From a virus: a stretch of DNA of 60,309 nt. Below are positions 35,761-42,592 of the stretch, piece after piece. The translations under genes were made by a program, and so were the position numbers. The notes under the pieces were generated by a model, which had not been told where the DNA came from, did not search any database, and saw nothing but the letters and a program-made list of their open reading frames with translations. The stretch is taken from positions 1 through 60,309 of the IMG/VR virus record IMGVR_UViG_3300048824_000144; one strand, written 5' to 3'. Every line of letters begins with the position of its first letter. Position 1 is the stretch's first letter.

Positions 35761-36017
35761 GCTCCCACTCCGCCGAACGTGTGCCGCACCATTTCTGGCG
35801 CGGGCACGCCCTCGGGAACGAAGCGTCCGTCAGAGACGCGCCCCTTGATCTCGGCCAGCGGCACGGTCGGGGGAGAGAACGCCTTGCCCGAGAGTTCGCA
35901 GGACGTGTCGGGATGGATGAACACCATGCCCTCGTCGACGCGCCGCATCCGCAGAAGCGGTTCTCCGCAGGCCCCGCAATAGTATTGGCTCCGCGTGTAG
36001 AAATTGAATTCGCTCAT
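35757..36017 (-). CDS. zinc-ribbon-like protein
   Basis: 86 aa from ATG 36017 (MSEFNFYTRSQYYCGACG...). Confidence 0.6.
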   Translation of the reverse strand: MSEFNFYTRSQYYCGACGEPLLRMRRVDEGMVFIHPDTSCELSGKAFSPPTVPLAEIKGRVSDGRFVPEGVPAPEMVRHTFGGVGA

Positions 36018-36045
36018 CGTTTGGTCAACCCCAGCCTCTTTCCCT

Positions 36046-36252
36046 TTACGTCTCCAGATGCGGGCAAATCTGGTCCAACAGATCGCGACCCAACTTCGCG
36101 CTCGTTCCCGCCACATAGCCGTACTCCCGCAACTTCCGATAGATGGTCGTCTGTCCGATCCCCAATTGCCGCGCCGCCTCCGGTATATTTTTTACTTCGC
36201 GGATCGCCGCTAGAACCGTATCCCTTTCGATTTCCGCCAGCGGCCGGATCAT
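36046..36252 (-). CDS. Fis-type (HTH_8) DNA-binding protein
   Basis: AIREVKNIPEAARQLGIGQTTIYRKLREYG; ATGA overlap at 36252. Confidence 0.7.
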   Translation of the reverse strand: MIRPLAEIERDTVLAAIREVKNIPEAARQLGIGQTTIYRKLREYGYVAGTSAKLGRDLLDQICPHLET

Positions 36253-36752
36253 GCTGCCCGCCTGCATTCCTCTTCCAGTTGCCGGTTGGCCCGGAGAATC
36301 CACGCCATCACCACGGTGCGCGCGGGGAGCGCCTTTGCATCTTTCCGCCAACCCCGCAGGTCGTACATGATCGTGTCAAACTCTGCCAGGGGCGCGGGCG
36401 TGAAGATAGACTTCGCCGGCAGCAGGACAAAGCCATAGCGGTGCGCCCACTGGTCGCGCAGCAGCTCCAGCCAGGTGCATCCGATTTCGGGGTCGTCCGA
36501 AGCGCAGCCGCCTTCCAGGTTGAACCAACCGTGGCGGTCACGCTGCAAGTTCGGCTTCCGGGTCCAAACCCAGGCACCCAGCTCCCCGAGGGCGCCGGTG
36601 GAATTCCACACCGCCGGATGATTCAGGCGCCCATAGGTCGCGTGCCCCACCGTCCACAGCGCGCGCTCCGCCGTCCCGCCCAGCGTCTCCGGCAGATCGG
36701 GGAAGAGCTTGAGCAGATCCATGTCGAAATCGTCAGACCAGAATTTCTCCAT
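36249..36752 (-). CDS. hypothetical Trp-rich protein
   Basis: 167 aa. Confidence 0.65.
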   Translation of the reverse strand: MEKFWSDDFDMDLLKLFPDLPETLGGTAERALWTVGHATYGRLNHPAVWNSTGALGELGAWVWTRKPNLQRDRHGWFNLEGGCASDDPEIGCTWLELLRDQWAHRYGFVLLPAKSIFTPAPLAEFDTIMYDLRGWRKDAKALPARTVVMAWILRANRQLEEECRRAA

Positions 36753-36805
36753 ATCTCGAACCTCGAAACCTCACGCGGATCCTCCGGGCGGAATGAAACG
36801 GTCGC

Positions 36806-37072
36806 TTATTCGCCGATCGCGCGATTGTAGCCCAGAAATTCGTTGCCTTCCGCATCCTTGCTCACCGGGATCATCAGGTCGCACTTCCCGGCTGTACAAT
36901 TCGGCGAACGCCCGTGATGATCGATCGAAACCAGCCGGGCGCAGTCGTTGACCCAATCCACGATGTCCTGATTCTCCCGGCGATGGCGCACCGTGACTTT
37001 GGCGCGGCCGCCTTCGCCCTCGCCTACGCCACAGCCGTGGCAGGTGTATTCGACTTGGAGAAGATCGCCCAT
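36806..37072 (-). CDS. Cys-rich hypothetical protein
   Basis: 88 aa; CHGC...C...C. Confidence 0.6.
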   Translation of the reverse strand: MGDLLQVEYTCHGCGVGEGEGGRAKVTVRHRRENQDIVDWVNDCARLVSIDHHGRSPNCTAGKCDLMIPVSKDAEGNEFLGYNRAIGE

Positions 37073-37074
37073 GC

Positions 37075-37296
37075 TCAGTCGGCCTCTTCGCCGGTATCGG
37101 CATCGACCGTGTTCTTGCGGTAACGCCGGGAGCGCACCAGGCGATACTCCGCCACCACGGTGGGCCCGTCGTCTTCGATTGCCGCGCTCACGCTAAGGTG
37201 GGCCAGAAACTCCGGCGGCCGCGCAGGATCTCGGTTGGGATCGAAGGTGATAAGCACCGTCTTGGGGAAATTCCGTTCTGCCATCGTTCCTCTCAT
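37075..37296 (-). CDS. hypothetical protein
   Basis: 73 aa. Confidence 0.6.
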   Translation of the reverse strand: MRGTMAERNFPKTVLITFDPNRDPARPPEFLAHLSVSAAIEDDGPTVVAEYRLVRSRRYRKNTVDADTGEEAD

Positions 37297-38435
37297 CCGA
37301 ACAGCCTCAGTTGCGGTACCAGGTCCTCTTCCATCTGCGGGCCTGCGAACAGATCCTCACCGCGGTAGGGCTTTTCCGCGAAGTTGTGCCGGTACTCGGA
37401 AAACGGCATGCCTTTGCCAAAGCGATTGCCCCAGCGCCGGAATGCCTTGAGTTTCTCGCTGGTCCAATCGTGCAGGCAGGGCAGCGGGCCTTCCATGTAA
37501 TCGAGCGGGGTTCGCGCCTGCACAATGGGAATGGCGCCCCACTCGTTGATTTCGTGGACCCGGGCCTCGCATTGTTCCAAAGGCTCGTTGCCGGCGAGGC
37601 AGTAGATGTGCAGCCGGGAGCGGCTGATTCCCGCCTCATCCAGCAACCCGATAACCTGCAGCACCGCGTCCCGCTCTCCCGCTTCGTCATAGGCAAAGCG
37701 CCACGCCACCAGCGGCAGACGCCGCCACAGCTCGATCGCCCAGGAGCGCGTAGCCAGCGACCGCGGCTCGAATCCGCTGTTTGCATCCACCGTGGGAAAG
37801 CCGGCCGCCAGCGTGCGCTCCACAATCAGCTCTTGATGGGCCCGCGGCAACGCCGAGAGATTGTTGTCGGAGATCAGCCGGGCGGGACAAGCGTCGGGGT
37901 AGAGCGTATAGCGCCAGCCTTCCATTTCCGGCACCGAGCAGATGGGCGGCTTGCCATCGCGAGGGAAGCCCAGGGTGCAGTTCTTGGCGGGACAGCCCCG
38001 CGACCAGAAAACCATCTTGTAGTCTCCGGGCTCGCGTTCGAAGCGGACGTCCGGGGTGCTCTGCGGCCAGATCCCCAGCTTCTCGAAAATGGCCTGCCGC
38101 ACTCCGAAGGTTCCAGGGCCACCCACTTCCACGGGCTGGCCGAACGCCTGCGCCATCGACGCCGTGGAAATCAGCGTCGGGACGTGCCAGGAGAAAACCG
38201 CGCTGATCCAAACCGCGTCGAAGCCAAACAGCGGGGTGACGTCGGAGGCCCGGAAGATCTCGGCGCCATGCACGCGCTGCCACCAGCGGGCGGCTTTCTC
38301 GAGTCCCAGGTTGTAGGCGGGATGGCTGGCGTTCACGAGGAGCACGCGGGGGCGGCGAACACACTTGCGCGGCCCCCGGCGCTCAACGCTGATATCCGAA
38401 ACTTCCACAGGTTTTCCAAAGCCGGCGGCTGGCAT
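37293..38435 (-). CDS. B12-binding/radical-SAM-like fold protein (degenerate Cys motif)
   Basis: 380 aa; VLLVNASHPAYNLGLEKAA...DAVWISAVF...VEVGGPGT resembles the B12-binding module; WSRGCPAKNC lacks a third Cys. Confidence 0.6.
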   Translation of the reverse strand: MPAAGFGKPVEVSDISVERRGPRKCVRRPRVLLVNASHPAYNLGLEKAARWWQRVHGAEIFRASDVTPLFGFDAVWISAVFSWHVPTLISTASMAQAFGQPVEVGGPGTFGVRQAIFEKLGIWPQSTPDVRFEREPGDYKMVFWSRGCPAKNCTLGFPRDGKPPICSVPEMEGWRYTLYPDACPARLISDNNLSALPRAHQELIVERTLAAGFPTVDANSGFEPRSLATRSWAIELWRRLPLVAWRFAYDEAGERDAVLQVIGLLDEAGISRSRLHIYCLAGNEPLEQCEARVHEINEWGAIPIVQARTPLDYMEGPLPCLHDWTSEKLKAFRRWGNRFGKGMPFSEYRHNFAEKPYRGEDLFAGPQMEEDLVPQLRLFG

Positions 38436-38577
38436 TTGTTGAGGATAAGCGGGCCCGCATGCGGTTTCAAACGCTCAGATCGGGCCGCCTGATCCACCGG
38501 CGCACGGCCATGCTATAGTCGGCGATCCCCTGTGGATCACAGTGGAAACGGTGGAAATCTAAAATATTGTTGGCGGC

Positions 38578-38979
38578 CTAGCCGGACAGAGCCGCTTTCA
38601 GCTTCTCACCCAGACTCCACCGGCTGGCCGCCGGCCAGGTCGTCGCTGCGGTCGGTTTCTCGTATTCTTCCTTCCACGCCGCCATGACTTCGGGGTCGAC
38701 GTATTGTTCCTGATAGCGAGGCATCGTCCGGTTGCGGCGATGGTCGCGAAACAGATCCAGCGCCAACGCCCACTCCACGCTCATCCGCACGTTGAAGCTG
38801 AAACCGCACAGCGTGCACCAATAGTCGCGCCCTTGCAGCGGTTTGCCCTCGCGGTTCGTCGTCCGCGCCGAGCGCTGCAAATTCTTGGTCCCGCAGCGGA
38901 TGCAGAATCGACACCCATGCGCGAACTCGTTTTCGTCAAAGTTGCCCAGCAGCCGCGCAATTACGTCGATGTCGTGCAT
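38578..38979 (-). CDS. zinc-ribbon protein
   Basis: 133 aa from ATG 38979 with GAGGGGA RBS; CRFCIRC...CTLC. Confidence 0.65.
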   Translation of the reverse strand: MHDIDVIARLLGNFDENEFAHGCRFCIRCGTKNLQRSARTTNREGKPLQGRDYWCTLCGFSFNVRMSVEWALALDLFRDHRRNRTMPRYQEQYVDPEVMAAWKEEYEKPTAATTWPAASRWSLGEKLKAALSG

Positions 38980-38997
38980 GACAGTCCCCTCAGAAAT

Positions 38998-39073
38998 TGG
39001 TAGGCCCAGAAGGATTCGAACCCTCAAAAGCTGCTCCTAAGGCAGCCGTGTTTGCCGATTACACCATGGGCCC
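38998..39073 (-). tRNA. tRNA-Leu(TAG) with only a 4-nt variable region (atypical)
   Basis: acceptor GGGCCCA/TGGGCCT, A73, CCA; anticodon arm GCTGC-CTTAGGA-GCAGC; T loop TTCGAAT; same acceptor as tRNA-Leu(CAA) at 39379. Confidence 0.65.
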
Positions 39074-39075
39074 AC

Positions 39076-39166
39076 TGGTGCACAGAGAAGGATTTGAACC
39101 TCCGCGTCCCACTCGGGGAAACCGGGTTACAGCCGGTCCGTTTCAGCCGGGCTCACGCATCTGTGC
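39076..39166 (-). tRNA. tRNA-Tyr(GTA)
   Basis: acceptor GCACAGA/TCTGTGC; ACCGG-CTGTAAC-CCGGT; long variable arm; GGAGG-TTCAAAT-CCTTC; CCA. Confidence 0.8.
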
Positions 39167-39170
39167 AAAA

Positions 39171-39260
39171 TGGCGGAGAAGGTGAGATTTGAACTCACGA
39201 CACCCGCAGGTGTGGCAGTTTTCGGGACTGCTGGCATAAGCCGGACTCGCCCACTTCTCC
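39171..39260 (-). tRNA. tRNA-Ser(CGA)
   Basis: GGAGAAG/CTTCTCC; GCAGT-CCCGAAA-ACTGC; long variable arm; T loop TTCAAAT; GCCA end. Confidence 0.75.
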
Positions 39261-39261
39261 G

Positions 39262-39349
39262 TGGCGGAGAGTGCGAGATTCGAACTCGCGGCGCCCTTGG
39301 GCGCTCGATCTTAGCAGGATCGCGGCATAAGCCACTCGCCCAACTCTCC
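39262..39349 (-). tRNA. tRNA-Ser(GCT)
   Basis: GGAGAGT/ACTCTCC; CGATC-CTGCTAA-GATCG; long variable arm; GCGAG-TTCGAAT-CTCGC; CCA. Confidence 0.8.
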
Positions 39350-39378
39350 GTTTGAATTGTCAAAGATCAAAGAAACTT

Positions 39379-39462
39379 TGGTAGGCCCAGAGAGATTTGA
39401 ACTCTCATGCCCGAAGGCGACCGCTCTTGAGGCGGCTGCGTCTGCCGTTCCGCCATGGGCCT
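39379..39462 (-). tRNA. tRNA-Leu(CAA)
   Basis: AGGCCCA/TGGGCCT; GCCGC-CTCAAGA-GCGGT; 13-nt variable arm; GAGAG-TTCAAAT-CTCTC; ACCA. Confidence 0.8.
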
Positions 39463-39545
39463 GAATTGTGTGGGGACTAATAACCCAGCAGGATGCTGAG
39501 TCGTAACGACAATCGGGATGAGTGTAGAGCGAACATCGAAGTTTT

Positions 39546-39622
39546 TGGTTGCGCGGGGTGGATTTGCACGCACCGTCTGGAGGTTATGAGCCTCCCGTAT
39601 TGTCCTACGCTACTACCGCGCC
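39546..39622 (-). tRNA. tRNA-Met(CAT), initiator-like 3' end, irregular D and T arms
   Basis: GGAGG-CTCATAA-CCTCC; ends ...CCGCGCAACCA as bacterial initiators do; the T stem pairs only as GGTG/CACC. Confidence 0.55.
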
Positions 39623-39627
39623 TCTCA

Positions 39628-39656
39628 AACCTAGCGGAAGCGCCCCGCGGTGTCAA
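39628..39656 (-). promoter_or_regulatory. candidate internal promoter TTGACA-N17-TAGGTT
   Basis: -35 at 39651-39656, -10 at 39628-39633; the predicted start coincides with the 5' end of tRNA-Met at 39622. Confidence 0.4.
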
Positions 39657-39741
39657 TCGCAAAAGCGGTCACGGGAGTGCGTGGCCCGAAGATCGCTCAT
39701 TTTCCGGTCAATCCGCAGGCGATTAGCGCATCGTCAAAAAA

Positions 39742-39824
39742 TGGTCGGGGTGAGAGGACTCGAACCTCTGGTGTTTGTGTACCTGCTCCCAAGGCAGGTG
39801 GCCTCGCCGCTAGCCGACACCCCG
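39742..39824 (-). tRNA. tRNA-Pro(TGG) with 12-nt variable region
   Basis: CGGGGTG/CACCCCG; CCTGC-CTTGGGA-GCAGG; AGAGG-TTCGAGT-CCTCT; ACCA. Confidence 0.65.
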
Positions 39825-39825
39825 A

Positions 39826-39901
39826 TGGTGAGAAGCCTCCGAGTCGAACGGAATCCTCTGGCTTTTCAGGCCAGCGCGCGCACCGGCTACGCCAGCTTCC
39901 C
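39826..39901 (-). tRNA. tRNA-Phe(GAA)
   Basis: GGGAAGC/GCTTCTC (one G-U); CTGGC-CTGAAAA-GCCAG; T loop TTCGACT; ACCA. Confidence 0.8.
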
Positions 39902-39968
39902 ACATTTTGGAGCCGGGTTACATCACGCGCGTTTCCCGGCAAGCTAGCGCGATAGCCCTTGCAAGATC

Positions 39969-40043
39969 TGGTGGACAAGGCGGCACTCGAAGCCGCGCCT
40001 GACGGGTGCAAACCGTCTATGCTCCCACTTACACCACTCGCCC
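39969..40043 (-). tRNA. tRNA-Ala(TGC)
   Basis: GGGCGAG/CTTGTCC with G3:U70; GACGG-TTTGCAC-CCGTC; GCGGC-TTCGAGT-GCCGC; ACCA. Confidence 0.8.
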
Positions 40044-40046
40044 ACT

Positions 40047-40121
40047 TGGGGTGACCCGAGGGAGTCGAACCCTCTAAAACGTGTTCCACAGACACGCCCC
40101 GCACCGTTTGGGTTGGGCCAC
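40047..40121 (-). tRNA. tRNA-His(GTG)
   Basis: GTGGCCC/GGGTCAC; CGTGT-CTGTGGA-ACACG; discriminator C; CCA; the base at -1 is A, not G. Confidence 0.7.
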
Positions 40122-40135
40122 TCAAAAACTAAACT

Positions 40136-40211
40136 TGGAGCCGGCGGCGTGGAGTTGAACCCGCAACCTGTCGAGTACAGATCGACCGCTCTGCCTTTGA
40201 GCTACACCGGC
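40136..40211 (-). tRNA. tRNA-Thr(TGT)
   Basis: GCCGGTG/CGCCGGC; GTCGA-TCTGTAC-TCGAC; T stem with a bulged A; TCCA end. Confidence 0.7.
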
Positions 40212-40224
40212 ACTTCTAAAAAAC

Positions 40225-40300
40225 TGGAGCCAGCGATCAGATTCGAACTGACTGCCTCTCCCTTACCAAGGGAGCGCACATCCTCATGTGCTTCACCGGC
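40225..40300 (-). tRNA. tRNA-Thr(GGT)
   Basis: GCCGGTG/CGCTGGC (two G-U); CTCCC-TTGGTAA-GGGAG; GTCAG-TTCGAAT-CTGAT. Confidence 0.8.
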
Positions 40301-40305
40301 AAACA

Positions 40306-40380
40306 TGGAGCCAGCGCGACGGATCGAACGCCGATCACCAGGGTACGAATCTGGCGCTCTGCCTGTTGAGCTACGCTGGC
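40306..40380 (-). tRNA. tRNA-Thr(CGT)
   Basis: GCCAGCG/CGCTGGC; CCAGA-TTCGTAC-CCTGG (one mismatch); CGGCG-TTCGATC-CGTCG. Confidence 0.7.
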
Positions 40381-40381
40381 C

Positions 40382-40455
40382 TGGAGGTCGGTGAGGGAGT
40401 TGAACCCCCGTCAGATGCTTTGCAGGCATCTACCTGGCCGCTCGGACAACCGACC
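40382..40455 (-). tRNA. tRNA-Cys(GCA)
   Basis: GGTCGGT/ACCGACC; GATGC-CTGCAAA-GCATC; GGGGG-TTCAACT-CCCTC. Confidence 0.8.
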
Positions 40456-40461
40456 GAAACC

Positions 40462-40536
40462 TGGTGCGGGGAACGGGACTCGAACCCGTGTCATCGCGTT
40501 GGCAACGCAATATCCTGGCCGCTAGACGATCCCAGC
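40462..40536 (-). tRNA. tRNA-Gly(GCC)
   Basis: GCTGGGA/TCCCCGC (one mismatch); TTGCG-TTGCCAA-CGCGA; ACGGG-TTCGAGT-CCCGT. Confidence 0.75.
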
Positions 40537-40544
40537 ACAAAATT

Positions 40545-40619
40545 TGGAGCGGACGGCGAGAGTTGAACTCGCGTCATTGGGTTGGAGGCCCAAGGCACCA
40601 GCCGCTATACCACGCCCGC
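40545..40619 (-). tRNA. tRNA-Gly(TCC)
   Basis: GCGGGCG/CGTCCGC; TTGGG-CCTCCAA-CCCAA; GCGAG-TTCAACT-CTCGC. Confidence 0.75.
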
Positions 40620-40734
40620 TCGCGCGCTCGCTTTGTAGGCGTCCTCGACGCCTCGTTCCCCGTCGCAGATCGGGAGACTGCTTTCCTGCTCCGGGCTTTC
40701 CCCGGTCGGCCCTGCGACTCCAGCGAACGCAAAA

Positions 40735-40811
40735 TGGCAGGCCGCGTGAGATTCGAACTCACTAGAACTAGTTTTGGAGACTAGCGCCCTTCCAGTCGGG
40801 TCATGCGGCCT
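40735..40811 (-). tRNA. tRNA-Trp(CCA)
   Basis: AGGCCGC/GCGGCCT; CTAGT-CTCCAAA-ACTAG; GTGAG-TTCGAAT-CTCAC; GCCA. Confidence 0.85.
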
Positions 40812-40812
40812 A

Positions 40813-40890
40813 TGGCGGGAATGACGAGACTCGAACTCGCTTTACTCCTCAGTGACAGTGAGGCGGCTCGGCCACTTTGCCCTCATCCCC
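40813..40890 (-). tRNA. tRNA-Asp(GTC)
   Basis: GGGGATG/CATTCCC; CCTCA-CTGTCAC-TGAGG; GCGAG-TTCGAGT-CTCGT; GCCA. Confidence 0.8.
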
Positions 40891-40911
40891 GTAAATCAAT
40901 TGTCAAAGAAC

Positions 40912-40986
40912 TGGCAACGGCTCAGAGATTCGAACTCTGCTCTCGGCGTCCAGAGCGCCGGGTCTTTCCCACTAAACGAAGCCGCA
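40912..40986 (-). tRNA. tRNA-Gln(CTG)
   Basis: TGCGGCT/AGCCGTT with unpaired 1:72; CGGCG-CTCTGGA-CGCCG; CAGAG-TTCGAAT-CTCTG; GCCA. Confidence 0.75.
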
Positions 40987-40993
40987 ACAAAAT

Positions 40994-41068
40994 TGGCAGC
41001 CGGTGAGAGAATTGAACTCCCGTAGCTGGATCCAAAGGCCAGCGCCTAAGCCACTCGGCCAACCGGCC
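40994..41068 (-). tRNA. tRNA-Gln(TTG)
   Basis: GGCCGGT/ACCGGCT; CTGGC-CTTTGGA-TCCAG (one mismatch); GGGAG-TTCAATT-CTCTC; GCCA. Confidence 0.7.
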
Positions 41069-41248
41069 TCAAATTTTCAAACTCACCGCCTTCACGCAGC
41101 GGCCGCACAGCACGAACTTGTCATCCGGCAGCATGCCGCGGGTCAGGTAATCGACCCTCGCATCCGAGATCAGCTTGCGATGATCCCCGCCACGCTCGCA
41201 TTCGAGAGCGTCGGTCAGCTTCACGGTTTCCCCGAATGCCTGCAACAT
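41069..41248 (-). CDS. possible 59-aa protein embedded in the tRNA array
   Basis: MLQAFGETVKLTDALECERGGDHRKLISDARVDYLTRGMLPDDKFVLCGRCVKAVSLKI; AGAGAGG upstream; its stop abuts the tRNA-Gln 5' end. Confidence 0.4.
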   Translation of the reverse strand: MLQAFGETVKLTDALECERGGDHRKLISDARVDYLTRGMLPDDKFVLCGRCVKAVSLKI

Positions 41249-41261
41249 CTCCGACCTCTCT

Positions 41262-41335
41262 TGGTAGGGCCACGGAGAATCGAACTCCGGTTCTCTGATC
41301 GAAAGTCAGTTTTCCTGCCACTAGAAGATGACCCC
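41262..41335 (-). tRNA. tRNA-Glu(TTC)
   Basis: GGGGTCA/TGGCCCT (G-U pairs); ACTGA-CTTTCGA-TCAGA; CGGAG-TTCGATT-CTCCG; ACCA. Confidence 0.75.
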
Positions 41336-41341
41336 ACAAAC

Positions 41342-41415
41342 TGGTAGCGCATCCGAGAATCGAACTCGGGTTCCCTGTTAGAGAGACAGGCTGCCTGCCA
41401 CTAGCAGAATGCGCC
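41342..41415 (-). tRNA. tRNA-Glu(CTC)
   Basis: GGCGCAT/ATGCGCT; CCTGT-CTCTCTA-ACAGG; CCGAG-TTCGATT-CTCGG; ACCA. Confidence 0.75.
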
Positions 41416-41417
41416 GC

Positions 41418-41448
41418 AAAAAACTTAAGCCCCTCGTTGGAGGGGCTT
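41418..41448 (-). terminator. rho-independent terminator
   Basis: the minus strand reads AAGCCCCTC-CAAC-GAGGGGCTT followed by AAGTTTTTT. Confidence 0.65.
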
Positions 41449-41566
41449 CGATGGCGTTGGTGCTCTCGAAATCCCCTCACATAAACGTGCCTTCCCCCTG
41501 CCACGCGGCTGGCGTAGTGGGTGTCGGCTGGTGGCCGAAGCAATCGCTATGTTGGAAGAGATTCAC
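41418..41566 (-). ncRNA. candidate ~150-nt small RNA inside the tRNA array
   Basis: bounded by promoter TTGACG-N17-TACTCT (41573-41601) and the terminator at 41418-41448; no plausible ORF. Confidence 0.35.
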
Positions 41567-41572
41567 AGATCG

Positions 41573-41601
41573 AGAGTACCGTCCCGCAGGCAGCGCGTCA
41601 A
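41573..41601 (-). promoter_or_regulatory. candidate sigma-70-type promoter TTGACG-N17-TACTCT
   Basis: -35 at 41596-41601, -10 at 41573-41578, spacing counted as 17. Confidence 0.45.
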
Positions 41602-41741
41602 GAACGAAAGGCCATGATCGAAAAGCAACATGTAAACATGTAAACATGCTCACACGGTTGCGAATGATCCTTCGCCAAAGAACGGCTCAGGATTTCGCGT
41701 CCGGGCTCCCGCTTCGCTCACGCCCGGAGAACCGCTCAAAA

Positions 41742-41817
41742 TGGCAGGCAGCCAGAGAATCGAACTCTGATCCCGGCTTTCGGAAAACCGTGTGCTCATC
41801 CGTTGCACCAGCCGCCC
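41742..41817 (-). tRNA. tRNA-Arg(CCG)
   Basis: GGGCGGC/GCTGCCT (G-U pairs); CGGTT-TTCCGAA-AGCCG; CAGAG-TTCGATT-CTCTG; GCCA. Confidence 0.8.
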
Positions 41818-41820
41818 GCA

Positions 41821-41896
41821 TGGTGCCCGCGCTGAGATTCGAACTCAGGTCTGTCGCTTAGGAGGCGACCGCTCTCTCCAGTTGAACTACGCGGGC
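41821..41896 (-). tRNA. tRNA-Arg(CCT)
   Basis: GCCCGCG/CGCGGGC; GTCGC-CTCCTAA-GCGAC; CTGAG-TTCGAAT-CTCAG; ACCA. Confidence 0.85.
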
Positions 41897-41909
41897 TGCA
41901 AACAAAAAA

Positions 41910-41985
41910 TGGCAGGAGCGGCAGGAATCGAACCCGCATTCCACGGTCCGTAGCCGTGTGCCCTGATCCGTTGGACGACGCTCCC
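41910..41985 (-). tRNA. tRNA-Arg(ACG)
   Basis: GGGAGCG/CGCTCCT; CACGG-CTACGGA-CCGTG; GCGGG-TTCGATT-CCTGC; GCCA. Confidence 0.8.
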
Positions 41986-41989
41986 ACTT

Positions 41990-42064
41990 TGGTAGAGCCT
42001 GGATGACTCGAACACCCATTTCAGGCTTAGAAGGCCTGATCCTATCCCGTTGAATGAAGGCTCC
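41990..42064 (-). tRNA. tRNA-Arg(TCT)
   Basis: GGAGCCT/AGGCTCT; CAGGC-CTTCTAA-GCCTG; GGGTG-TTCGAGT-CATCC; ACCA. Confidence 0.8.
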
Positions 42065-42069
42065 CAACC

Positions 42070-42135
42070 TGGTGCGGGTGACAGGAATCGAACCTGCTGC
42101 CACTCGATTAAAAGTCGAGTGCTCTAATCCACCGC
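42070..42135 (-). tRNA. tRNA-Lys(TTT)-like, 5' D-arm region deleted (probable pseudogene)
   Basis: GCGGTGG-ATTAGAGC-ACTCGA-CTTTTAA-TCGAGT-GGCA-GCAGG-TTCGATT-CCTGT-CACCCGC-ACCA, 66 nt; restoring about 12 nt would give a canonical GCGGGTG/CACCCGC tRNA. Confidence 0.45.
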
Positions 42136-42286
42136 TGCTTCCGCGCCCTCACCGTGTCCGCCGATTCGCGTCCGCCCATCAGAAGAACGCTTCCTTCGAT
42201 TGATCGAAAACCGCAGACTCGACGGCCAGGTGCTTCATTCGAGAGAGCAGTGGCGGCAAGTTCGGATGCAACATCGCGTTTTCTCC

Positions 42287-42592
42287 TCAGTTCTGCGGAG
42301 CCCGCTGCGCTTCGTCGATCAGGGCGCGGCTGGCAAACTGGTCTGTCTGGCATTGCGCGAGTGCCGGCTTCGCCTCTTCCATGGTGCGAAAGCGGGTCAC
42401 GCTGTCTTCGTAGTACAGATCCCACGAGAGGCAAATGCCACACCACGGGTTGAGCACGCGTTGGTCGACGGCGTTCTTGAGCAAAGCCTGGAGCTGCCGC
42501 TGGGCTTCTTCACCGCTGGTTTCGGCATCGTCATAGGCCACTGCGATAACGCAGTGGCGATCGGGGCAAAGGCATTGCACAATGTGGATCAT
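42287..42592 (-). CDS. Cys-rich hypothetical protein
   Basis: 101 aa; CLCPDRHC...CGIC. Confidence 0.65.
   Translation of the reverse strand: MIHIVQCLCPDRHCVIAVAYDDAETSGEEAQRQLQALLKNAVDQRVLNPWCGICLSWDLYYEDSVTRFRTMEEAKPALAQCQTDQFASRALIDEAQRAPQN

Noticed and set aside
35718-38492. Plus-strand ORFs 35718-36830 and 37311-38492
   Set aside because: They are antisense to a chain of translationally coupled minus-strand genes, with Arg/Pro/Gly-rich composition.
39463-39545. 83-nt spacer between tRNA-Leu(CAA) and tRNA-Met as a hidden tRNA
   Set aside because: No acceptor pairing or T arm could be drawn, only a weak GGG-TTATTAG-TCCC hairpin.
39902-39968. Possible extra tRNA between tRNA-Phe and tRNA-Ala (it ends ...CCCGGCTCCA)
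   Set aside because: It folds only into two simple hairpins (GCAAGG...TTGC and GCCGGG-17 nt-CCCGGC), with no D, anticodon or T arm geometry. It was kept as a spacer with hairpins.
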